Positions 21,154 through 29,728 of a stretch of DNA of 64,000 bases are shown here, one piece after another. The notes below the pieces were generated by a model, which ran no database searches, was not told the DNA's origin, and was given only the letters and a program-made list of their open reading frames with translations. Source of the DNA: Candidatus Latescibacterota bacterium (GTDB lineage Bacteria; Latescibacterota; UBA2968; UBA8231); contig CBDAOB010000002.1 in the NCBI GenBank assembly GCA_965197905.1, positions 64,001-128,000 of the forward strand, written 5' to 3'. The translations under genes and the position numbers were made by a program. How positions within the stretch are numbered: the stretch's first letter is position 1; each line of letters begins with the position of its first letter.

Positions 21154-21458
21154 GGTTGCTGTTCAGTCTATGTTCGGTATCTGTAATCAGTGGGGGCGGT
21201 ATCCGACGGTCGGCGGAAAACCGGCAATTAATGAGAGGGTTAGGGCTGATGGCGTCAAGAGAGACGACACTACCCTCGCAGACAGACGGTGCGGTCGCGC
21301 TCCGGATCTTACTTTCGTCTCAACCAAGAGATATCAGGCTCTCTTCGCTTCAGGGAGCAGTGAGGGGCCTGCATATTGTCGGCGTCCAGATTCCTTTTAC
21401 CTTTTACCTTACGGTACCGAATCGAAACAGGGCGGAGCCTTGACTGAGGAGACGATCA

Positions 21459-21749
21459 ATGAGCAAGCAGACGAGCGAACATAGTTGCGATATATGCGCC
21501 GGTCCGGCGGACGACACCGTGGAGATGGTATTCTACCCGATCAAACACGAGGATCGGAAACCCGATCTCTACCGCGCCAACATTCGGTTTGATACCTACG
21601 AGTACGGCGAGAACGAGAATCCATCCACGGGAGACGCGAACATCTGTGTCGACTGTTTCCTGCGTCACTGCATCGACAAGCTGCCCCGCATCGACGCGCG
21701 TTTGATGTATCGCGACGGCCACCACGCCTACGAAGAGAGTTCCACCTGA
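21459..21749 (+). CDS. small hypothetical protein, putative zinc finger
   Basis: GAGGAG RBS; CDIC...CVDC..RHC. Confidence 0.65.
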   Translation: MSKQTSEHSCDICAGPADDTVEMVFYPIKHEDRKPDLYRANIRFDTYEYGENENPSTGDANICVDCFLRHCIDKLPRIDARLMYRDGHHAYEESST

Positions 21750-21787
21750 GCACGATCCCGTTAGAATAACCGAATCCTCGCTCGAGA

Positions 21788-23965
21788 ATGACCAGGGAAT
21801 CCGCAGACCCCGTCGTCAGCCGTCACGTAGCGGTGTTCACCGAACCACCCAAACGGGTCCCAAGCGTGTACGGCGTGGACGGCCCGCTGCTTGGGAACGG
21901 AGATGTGGGGGTCGTGCTTTCCGGCGAGCCCGAAGAGCAGACCTTCTGGATTGGCAAGATCGATTTCTGGAGCAAGGTGCTCTACATACCGCTGCCACCC
22001 GGTGCCGTTACGATCTCGATCCCAGCTCTGGTCGACGCCAGCTATCGTCAGGAGCAGGATCTGCAACACGCCGAGGTCCGTGGAAGATTCGAGAAGGATA
22101 ATATCCGGGTAACGACTCGATCCTGGACACCGGCAACCACCAATGCGCTGGTGACCGAGCTAGCTAACGGCGGCGACCAGAGCCTCGACGTCATCGTCGA
22201 TCTGTGGACCAATCAATCGAGCCTCAAGGAATATCCGGTGGGGTTGATGCCGCTGGAGCGCAGGCGGGTTCTGGAGTACCGCGAGGCGCGGGAGTATCCG
22301 ACGGACGCCGGCACCGATGGAGACCTGCTCTGGATTACACGCCACGCCGAACCGCAGGATGTGAAAGGCATGGACGCAGCCATGGCGACCAAAATCGTCG
22401 GGGTGAACCCGGAGGTCGACACCGACGATGCGGCGAAGTCGACGGCGGCGTTTCTGCTGGCACCGGGGCGCACGGTGCAGATCGTCACGACGGTGGTGAC
22501 CGACCTTGATGTGGAGCCGGGGGATTCGCTGGAGGTGGCCAAGTACCAGGCGCTGGAGGGGGACACCGCCGCGCTGGACTGGCTCAACTTGGAGCACCGG
22601 CAGTGGTGGTCCGACTTCTGGTCCGCCTCGTTTCTGGAGATCGCCGACAAGAAGGTGGAGGCGTTCTGGTACGGGGCGCAGTATATCATGGCCTGCTGCA
22701 ACCGCGCGGGAAAGCTGGCGCCAGGGCTCTGGGGAAACTGGATCACCACCGACCGCTCTCGCTGGAATGGGGACTACACCCTCAACTACAATTTTCAGTG
22801 TTCGTATTTCGGCATCTTCGCGGCCAACCATCCGGAGCTGGCGATTCCGTACTACGACGCGGTGCTCGACTTCGTGCCACGGGCACGCAAGATGGCCCAG
22901 GAGCATTGCTGCTGCGGCGTGCATTTTCCGACTCACATCGGACCGTACGGACTATGCGATGCACGCACCTACGGACAGCGCAGCAATGCCTCCTACTGCG
23001 CGGTCATCTTCGAAGATGGGTACAACCACACCCTGGATGAGAAGCTATGGCGCGAAAAGCTGTATCCCTTCCTCATCGAGGTGGCGAACTTCTGGGAGGA
23101 CTATCTCGAGCAGGACGATAGCGGCCGCTACGTGGTGTACCGCAGCAATGCCCACGAATCCGAAAACTGGGGCAGGGATACCAATGCCCTGCAGCATCGC
23201 GGATTTCTGCGCCGGCTGTTCCAGACCTTGCTCGACGCCAGCGTCGATCTCGGTACGGACGTGGAGCGCCGGCAGAAATGGTCCGATATCGTTGAGAACT
23301 TCAGCGACTACACCTACGTGGAGTTCAACGGAGTAACCGTGTTCAGCCTCACCGAGAACGAACCCCACTTCAAGAAGGGGGGCGCCTCTCTCAATGCGAT
23401 CTACCCTGGTGCCCAGGTCGATGAGGAGTCGGACGAGGAGGTGCGGCAGATCGCCCTGGATTCCATCGAGCAGGCGGACGCCTGGGAGGGAAACGGATTC
23501 TGCCGCTCCTTCCCGGCAGCGGTACGAATGAACTATCCGGGCATTCTGGCAAAGCTCAGGCAAACCCTTGACGAGCTGATGCCGCCCAACCTCTACGTCC
23601 GTGGCGGCGGCGGCATCGAGACCTGCGGAGCCAGCCTGGCGGTCAGCGAGATGCTGCTGCAAAGTCACCGGGGTTATCTGCGTTTCTTTCCCGTGTGGCC
23701 CCGGGACCAGCCGGCGCGGTTCGGCACGCTCCGCACCTTTGGAGCGTTTCTGGTGTCGGCCGAACTGAACGAGGGAGTCGTAGAGAACGTGGGGATCGTC
23801 AGCGAGAAGGGACGGGACTGCACGATCGCGAATCCGTGGCCGGGCAAACACCCCCGCGTGACGGAAGCAGCAAACGGAAAGAGCGTACATACTGTGGCCG
23901 GGGACGGCGACAGATTCACCTTTGCCACCCGCGCCGGCGGCAGCTACTGCTTGGAGCCAGGCTGA
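21788..23965 (+). CDS. GH95-like glycoside hydrolase
   Basis: GPLLGNGD, KIDFW, APGLWGNW, WNGDYTLNYNFQ, GGGIET, EMLLQSH, GAFLVSAE. Confidence 0.82.
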   Translation: MTRESADPVVSRHVAVFTEPPKRVPSVYGVDGPLLGNGDVGVVLSGEPEEQTFWIGKIDFWSKVLYIPLPPGAVTISIPALVDASYRQEQDLQHAEVRGRFEKDNIRVTTRSWTPATTNALVTELANGGDQSLDVIVDLWTNQSSLKEYPVGLMPLERRRVLEYREAREYPTDAGTDGDLLWITRHAEPQDVKGMDAAMATKIVGVNPEVDTDDAAKSTAAFLLAPGRTVQIVTTVVTDLDVEPGDSLEVAKYQALEGDTAALDWLNLEHRQWWSDFWSASFLEIADKKVEAFWYGAQYIMACCNRAGKLAPGLWGNWITTDRSRWNGDYTLNYNFQCSYFGIFAANHPELAIPYYDAVLDFVPRARKMAQEHCCCGVHFPTHIGPYGLCDARTYGQRSNASYCAVIFEDGYNHTLDEKLWREKLYPFLIEVANFWEDYLEQDDSGRYVVYRSNAHESENWGRDTNALQHRGFLRRLFQTLLDASVDLGTDVERRQKWSDIVENFSDYTYVEFNGVTVFSLTENEPHFKKGGASLNAIYPGAQVDEESDEEVRQIALDSIEQADAWEGNGFCRSFPAAVRMNYPGILAKLRQTLDELMPPNLYVRGGGGIETCGASLAVSEMLLQSHRGYLRFFPVWPRDQPARFGTLRTFGAFLVSAELNEGVVENVGIVSEKGRDCTIANPWPGKHPRVTEAANGKSVHTVAGDGDRFTFATRAGGSYCLEPG

Positions 23966-23995
23966 GATTTACTCGCTTCGTTCTGCGTGGCCGCC

Positions 23996-24934
23996 TCAGG
24001 GTTTCCAGGTGTCCACGATCTTGCCGTACTCCCGCGCCTGCGCCGCGATATCCAGACCGACTTCCTCACACCAGGCATCGTAGAGTTTCTTGTAGACCGG
24101 TCCGGGCTTTCCGTCCCCCACGGTATTGAAGTTGAAGCGGGTGATCGGAATCATGCAGATGGTGGTGCTGGTGGACCAGGCTTCGCTGGCCTGCAGGACG
24201 TCGTACGGGCCGAGGTCGGTTTCCACGACAGTCAAACCTACTCGCTCGATGACCTCGAGGCAGGCCTTGCGGCCGATTCCGAACAGGATGTTGTGGACTC
24301 TCGGGGTCAGGATCTGACCGTCCCTGACCATGAAGAAGTTGTTGCCGGTGCCCTCGGTCAGGAAACCGCGGTCATCGGTCAGCAAAGCGTTCAAGTCGTC
24401 TCCCATGCGCCCGACCTCGATGTCGGCCAGCTTGTAATGCAGGCGGCTGTGGGTCTTGGCCCGGGGGCTGATGCAGCGCCATGGCACCGACTGCTGGCGC
24501 GGGGTCACGAAGTGAGCCCCTTCCTCATACCGTTTGGCCATGCGCCCGAGGGTCCGAACGATCGGGAAGATGTTGATGGCAACGATCGGATCGGTGCCTT
24601 CGTTGATGAGCTCCTCGTAGAGACCCATGCCCCCGCGGCTGATGTTGTGGTAGAGGTGAAACTCGAAATCGCCCAGTGCCGGCAGGCTCCGTTCGACCAG
24701 CTCCAGGCTGACTTCCTCCATCTCGTCCTTGCTCAAGCCGCAATCGATCTCCGCGTAACTCAAGGATTCGTAGAGTCGATCCAGATGATCTCGCAGACGA
24801 TATGGTTTCTGCTTGAAGGTGCGCGTGAGCTCGAAACAGATATCCCCGTACATGACGCCGCTGTCGAAGATGGAGATGCGGGCATCTCTTTCGGGAATGA
24901 AGTTGCCGTTGAAATAGACGAGTCGTTCACTCAT
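23996..24934 (-). CDS. class IV PLP aminotransferase (branched-chain amino acid aminotransferase-like)
   Basis: ISIFDSGVMYGD..FE, HLDRL, AKTHSRLHY, LTEGTGNNFF, ILFGIGR. Confidence 0.9.
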   Translation of the reverse strand: MSERLVYFNGNFIPERDARISIFDSGVMYGDICFELTRTFKQKPYRLRDHLDRLYESLSYAEIDCGLSKDEMEEVSLELVERSLPALGDFEFHLYHNISRGGMGLYEELINEGTDPIVAINIFPIVRTLGRMAKRYEEGAHFVTPRQQSVPWRCISPRAKTHSRLHYKLADIEVGRMGDDLNALLTDDRGFLTEGTGNNFFMVRDGQILTPRVHNILFGIGRKACLEVIERVGLTVVETDLGPYDVLQASEAWSTSTTICMIPITRFNFNTVGDGKPGPVYKKLYDAWCEEVGLDIAAQAREYGKIVDTWKP

Positions 24935-24980
24935 TTCCGATCCGTTACAGTTTTGTGGGAATGTTACGGCAGGCGATTTG

Positions 24981-25775
24981 TCAGCTTGCGGTTCCGAAGA
25001 TCACCGGATTGATCGCGGGGTCATCAATATAGGTCAGTAGACGCTCGCCAGGTGCTTTGGGCTGGCTGTTGTTGGTGCGCAGGTGAATCGCCAGACTGCG
25101 CCGCGCTTGGGATGATGTGTTGCGATCGCTGCCGTGAAAGACCATCCAGTCGTGCAGGCTCATGGCACCGGCTGACATCAGAGCAGGTACTTCCTCCCAC
25201 TCGGTCTCAGGGGGTCGCTGGATGGCGTCCCGATCCAACTCCTGACCGAAAAAATCGCTGCCTTCGACCACGCCCCAATGGTTACTACCGCGAACGAAGG
25301 TCATCGGCCCCGAATCTTCGTTCACGTCGGAAAGGGCGAGCCATGCGGTTAGCAGCTGACTGCCTTCCTCCCATGTCGTGTCCCAATAGTTGTGGTCTTG
25401 ATGCCAGCCGATCTTGGCATAGGCGCTAGGGTCCTTCGGGGCCGGTGGTTTGAACAAGAACTGCACCCAGAAGACCTGAACCATGGCAGCCCCCGTCGCC
25501 GCCGCCGCCCACCGGCCGATCTCGGGGGAGCTGACCACTTCCTGTATCGCCCGGTTCGCCAACTGGGGAAGTTCGATTTTGCAGAGAATGTTCGGATCAT
25601 CCCCGGGATTCCATGGGGACTCCCGAGGTGGGTGACCGGTGTCGTACTCGCCGGCGCGAATCATGTCCATGCCAGTGCTGGCGCGTTGCACCAGATTGGC
25701 ATCGATGACCGGTTCGTCGAAGATGAAATATCCGTCGTGTTGGAACTGCTCGCTCAGATCGTGTGTTGGGTTCAT
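24981..25775 (-). CDS. PhyH family Fe(II)/2OG oxygenase
   Basis: IGWHQD, WLALSDV..GPM, FHGSDRN..RRS. Confidence 0.9.
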   Translation of the reverse strand: MNPTHDLSEQFQHDGYFIFDEPVIDANLVQRASTGMDMIRAGEYDTGHPPRESPWNPGDDPNILCKIELPQLANRAIQEVVSSPEIGRWAAAATGAAMVQVFWVQFLFKPPAPKDPSAYAKIGWHQDHNYWDTTWEEGSQLLTAWLALSDVNEDSGPMTFVRGSNHWGVVEGSDFFGQELDRDAIQRPPETEWEEVPALMSAGAMSLHDWMVFHGSDRNTSSQARRSLAIHLRTNNSQPKAPGERLLTYIDDPAINPVIFGTAS

Positions 25776-25853
25776 GTCCCTTCTCCAACTGACGAAGGGC
25801 AGATTATCAAGCAGCGCAACGCTGCCGTCAAGCGTAGCAGAGGTGCCGCCGGC

Positions 25854-28400
25854 TCAGCCTTCGCCGAGCTCCACCACCAGAACCTCACCTTCGAAGCCGG
25901 CCGCATTGAGTCGTTCCACCAGCGCATCCGCGAGGCTGGTGCGGAGCAGCGGATTGGCGGCGATTCTCAGGTTTCCGCCCAACCCCTGGAGGTTTGCCAA
26001 CCCCGCAATTGAGGTGAGCACCTCATTGCCGATGATGTCCAGGTGGCCGCCGATCGTGCGCAATTCCTCCAAGCCCGTCAATGTGGTGAGATCCTTGTTG
26101 CCCCCTATCAGCACAACAGCTCCGGACGGAGCGAATATTACGAGGTTGCCAATGATTAGGTCGCCGTTAATGCTGCGCAGGTTGCCCAGTCCCTCCAGGC
26201 TGGTCAGCCTCTCGTTTTCGTTTATGAAGAGACCGCCATCTATCGCGGTCAAATTCTCAAGCCCGCGGAGATCGACCAGAACGTCGTTGCCAATGAGGAT
26301 GATGCCGTCGCCGGTACGTTCGAGACGGCCCAACGGCCCGAGCGTTGTCAGTATGACGTTGTTGCGTATCGCCAGGGTATCGCCGACCCCCACAAGATTG
26401 TCCAGGCCGTTGAGATTACGCAGCTGGCGATTGGAGGATATTTCCACGGTTCCACCTACCGACCCAAGCGACGAGAGCCCGCGCAAAGTTTGAAGAATCT
26501 TGTTTTGCCGCAGGTATAGGTTGCCATCGACGTTTTCGAGTATTTCGAGCCCCGCCAGATCCACCATGGCGCCGGTACCGGTGATCTCCAGGTTGCCTCC
26601 GATCGATCGAAGGTTGCTGAACAGCTCCATATTGATCGGTGCGCTGGTACCGCCGATCTCCAGGTTTCCCTGAAGGGCGGTGCGTTGTCCCAGCGCTCCA
26701 AGGTCGGTAAGGGCCGGCACAAATCGAAGCACGACATCACCGGTAAAGGTCTCCAACAGCCGATCCGGTCCTCTCAAGCTTTGCAGCAGCTCGTTGGTGC
26801 TGATGCTGAACTCACCATCGACTCTCTCCAGATTGCTCAAACCTTCGATGTTGTTCAGCACCGGGTTGAAGGCGACGATGATGCTGCCGCCCACCTCCTC
26901 CAGGCTCTGCAGTCCGTCGAGGTTTTCCAACCTGTCGGCCCGCAGGATGACAATGCCGTCGCCGACCATGCGCAGATTTTCCAGGCCGGCAAGGGTGGTC
27001 AAGGCTCGATCTTCGTTGACCGTCAATCTGCCGCCCAGCTCCACGACGTTCTCGAGGCCCCTGAGATCGGTGAGGGCACTGTTTTTGGTAATATTGAGTG
27101 TTCCACCGATGCGGCGTAGATGGCGCATCTCGCCGATACTCGTCAAGGCGAAGTTGTCGACGATGGCAAAGCTGCCCCCAATGGTGACGATATGGTTCAA
27201 GAAACTCAGGTCCACTTCGCCGGAAGTAGGTCGAACCGAGATGCTGCCGGCGAAGTCAGCCGGTATGTTGCGTAGCAAGTCGGTATCGAGGCCCTCGAGG
27301 ATTTCCACGAAGAGGTCCCCGGTCAGGGTTGTAAGGGCGGTATCCAAACCCTGTAAGGACTCGAGGGCCCGATTGGAGGAGATATTGACACCGCCGCCCA
27401 CGAAACGCAGGCCTTGCATCGGGTCCACGGACGTGACGTTCTCGTTGGCAATGATGCGCAGGCTGCCGCCCACCGTGGCCAGGTTCGCGATGCCTTCCAG
27501 GGATTGGAGCCGGTCGTTGAAAAAGAAATCCAGATTGCCGCCGACGCTGGTCAACCCGGTTAGCTGATGAAGGTTGACCAGCGTTGAACGAATGAATCTC
27601 AGATTACCGGTAATTCCAAACGGCCGCCCGCCCGCCCTGGCCACCAGTTCATCTAGCTCGTCCGCGTCGGCTATGCGAAAATCTCCCGCGATCAATACCT
27701 CAGCTAGAGGAGCGATGGCGAATTCGAGATCCCCTCCTCGGTTCGCGTCTACCCGAAGCTGCCGGAACACCAGCAGCTGATCGACGCGGATCTCCACGGT
27801 GTAGAGAGCATTCTGGTTCGGTGTGGTTTGGGTTGCTTTTTGCGCCGCGACCGGGTGCTGTCCAACCGCTCCGCGGGCGCCATCCAGCAGGATCATCTTG
27901 CGCACCGAGGCGCCGTCTTCCGTCTGCATCCGCACTAGGTAGAGGCCGGCGCCAACGCCGGAACCTGCGTCGTTGGTGCCATCCCAGACAGCGGTGAAGC
28001 TGCCCGCCGGTTGGAGTCGATCAACCAATCTGCGCACCCTCTGGCCCAGGACGTTGTAGACCGCCAGCCGCACGCGAGATCTGGCGCGCAGCTGGTACGG
28101 AATGATCGTCGACGGATTGAACGGGTTGGGATAGTTGGGAAGCAAAACAGAGGTTGACGGCAGAGCCGATGATTGGTCGTCGACGTCCGTGGCAACACCG
28201 ATAGCGATCTGAAACACCCCGCGGGAGTCGGTCACGGCGGAGTAGGAGCGGGTTTCGTCGGTCGGATCTTCGAACGTGACCTGTGCAGAGGCTACCGGGC
28301 CGCCGCTATCATACAACACACGGCCGGTGACACCCGAGCTAACCCCCGGGGACGCGATGACGACGAGTGCGCACGCGAGCGCCAGGTTTCGCGGGTACAT
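25854..28400 (-). CDS. secreted protein: carboxypeptidase-regulatory-like + FlgD Ig-like domain + receptor L-domain (LRR-like) repeats
   Basis: Signal peptide, LPNYPNPFNPST...WDGTNDAG..GLYLVR, then many ~25-aa LxxLxGLxNLxxVGGxLxIxxN repeats. Confidence 0.8.
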   Translation of the reverse strand: MYPRNLALACALVVIASPGVSSGVTGRVLYDSGGPVASAQVTFEDPTDETRSYSAVTDSRGVFQIAIGVATDVDDQSSALPSTSVLLPNYPNPFNPSTIIPYQLRARSRVRLAVYNVLGQRVRRLVDRLQPAGSFTAVWDGTNDAGSGVGAGLYLVRMQTEDGASVRKMILLDGARGAVGQHPVAAQKATQTTPNQNALYTVEIRVDQLLVFRQLRVDANRGGDLEFAIAPLAEVLIAGDFRIADADELDELVARAGGRPFGITGNLRFIRSTLVNLHQLTGLTSVGGNLDFFFNDRLQSLEGIANLATVGGSLRIIANENVTSVDPMQGLRFVGGGVNISSNRALESLQGLDTALTTLTGDLFVEILEGLDTDLLRNIPADFAGSISVRPTSGEVDLSFLNHIVTIGGSFAIVDNFALTSIGEMRHLRRIGGTLNITKNSALTDLRGLENVVELGGRLTVNEDRALTTLAGLENLRMVGDGIVILRADRLENLDGLQSLEEVGGSIIVAFNPVLNNIEGLSNLERVDGEFSISTNELLQSLRGPDRLLETFTGDVVLRFVPALTDLGALGQRTALQGNLEIGGTSAPINMELFSNLRSIGGNLEITGTGAMVDLAGLEILENVDGNLYLRQNKILQTLRGLSSLGSVGGTVEISSNRQLRNLNGLDNLVGVGDTLAIRNNVILTTLGPLGRLERTGDGIILIGNDVLVDLRGLENLTAIDGGLFINENERLTSLEGLGNLRSINGDLIIGNLVIFAPSGAVVLIGGNKDLTTLTGLEELRTIGGHLDIIGNEVLTSIAGLANLQGLGGNLRIAANPLLRTSLADALVERLNAAGFEGEVLVVELGEG

Positions 28401-28492
28401 AGTTGTGCCTTTAAAAAAGGTTGAGCCACAGATACCTATTTAGAGGGCAATTACACAAAATTCGTTGCGGTGGGCAAAAAAACAACCATTGG

Positions 28493-29596
28493 TTACCAGT
28501 CGACCACAGAGCCGTCGTCGGTCGAATACGATTCTGGATTCCGCCAATCGTGGTCGATTTTGTCTTCCATCGAGTTTTCATCGAGCTCGATACCCAGCCC
28601 CGGTGCGGTGGGCAATTCGACGAAACCATCATCGAAAACGAAGGGTTGCTGCAAATACCCCTCGCCCAGGGTCGTATGTTCCTGCGCCAGGAAATTCGGA
28701 ATGGTAGCATCGAGCTGGAGGCACGCTGCCAGCGATATCGGGCCCAGGGGGTTGTGGGGCGCGATAGCGGCGTAATACGATTCCGCCATGCCCGCGATCA
28801 GTCGTACCTCGAAGATGCCACCGGCGTGACACAGGTCGGGCTGCAATATGGCCGCCGCCCGCTTCTCGAGTATTTCGCGAAAACCCCACTTGGTGAAGAC
28901 CCGTTCACCGGTGGCGATGGGCAGGTGAGTACCCCGTGCGATATCCGCCAGCACATCCACGTTCTGGCACTGTGCCGGCTCCTCCACGAACATCGGTTGG
29001 TACGGCTCGAGCTCCTTGATCAACAGCCGCGCGGTTTGCGGGCTGATGGCGCCGTGGAAATCGATGGCCAGATCGCGGTCGGGTCCCACCGCCTCCCGCA
29101 ACGTCGCAAAATGACTGATCGCATGGTCCACGAACCTCTTGTTTTCCACAATGCGCGCCGGACGACCGCCATTTACCCCGGTCTTGAACGCCGTGAATCC
29201 CGCCTTCATCCCTTGCTGCACATCTTCGAGGGTCCCGGCGCCTTTGTACAATCTTATGCGGTCACGAGTGGGTCCCCCTAACAAACGATAGACTGGCACT
29301 CCGAGAGATTTCCCCGCCAGATCCCACAGTGCCTGCTCGACGCCGCTCAGGGCGCTGGTGAGCACTGGACCGCCGCGGTAAAAGGCATGTCGGTACATCG
29401 CCTGCCAGTGATGTACCACCCGACTCGGATCCTTGCCGATTAGATACGGCTCCAATTCAGCGACCGCCTCGGCGCAGGTTCTCGCACGGCCCTCCAGTAT
29501 GGGCTCCCCAAGGCCTACCAGTCCTTCATCGGTAAACATCTTGAGGAACAGCCAGCGGGGTTTGACCAGAAATGTCTCGAGTTTGGTGATTTTCAT
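28493..29596 (-). CDS. dgoD: galactonate dehydratase (mandelate racemase subgroup)
   Basis: MKITKLETFLVKPRWLF, GEPILEGRA, FYRGGP, IDFHG, EEP, ATGER, APHNPLGP, DGSVVDW. Confidence 0.9.
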   Translation of the reverse strand: MKITKLETFLVKPRWLFLKMFTDEGLVGLGEPILEGRARTCAEAVAELEPYLIGKDPSRVVHHWQAMYRHAFYRGGPVLTSALSGVEQALWDLAGKSLGVPVYRLLGGPTRDRIRLYKGAGTLEDVQQGMKAGFTAFKTGVNGGRPARIVENKRFVDHAISHFATLREAVGPDRDLAIDFHGAISPQTARLLIKELEPYQPMFVEEPAQCQNVDVLADIARGTHLPIATGERVFTKWGFREILEKRAAAILQPDLCHAGGIFEVRLIAGMAESYYAAIAPHNPLGPISLAACLQLDATIPNFLAQEHTTLGEGYLQQPFVFDDGFVELPTAPGLGIELDENSMEDKIDHDWRNPESYSTDDGSVVDW

Positions 29597-29728
29597 GATT
29601 CTACCCGTCGTTGGTCCCTTTTTCGTAGATTCTCATCCGTCCCCGAGTATGACCTGCTGAAAACGGCACCGCTCGAGCGCGTGGAAATTAGACCACAAAC
29701 CTCGCCGCGGTAAAGCCAGGAGGAATGA

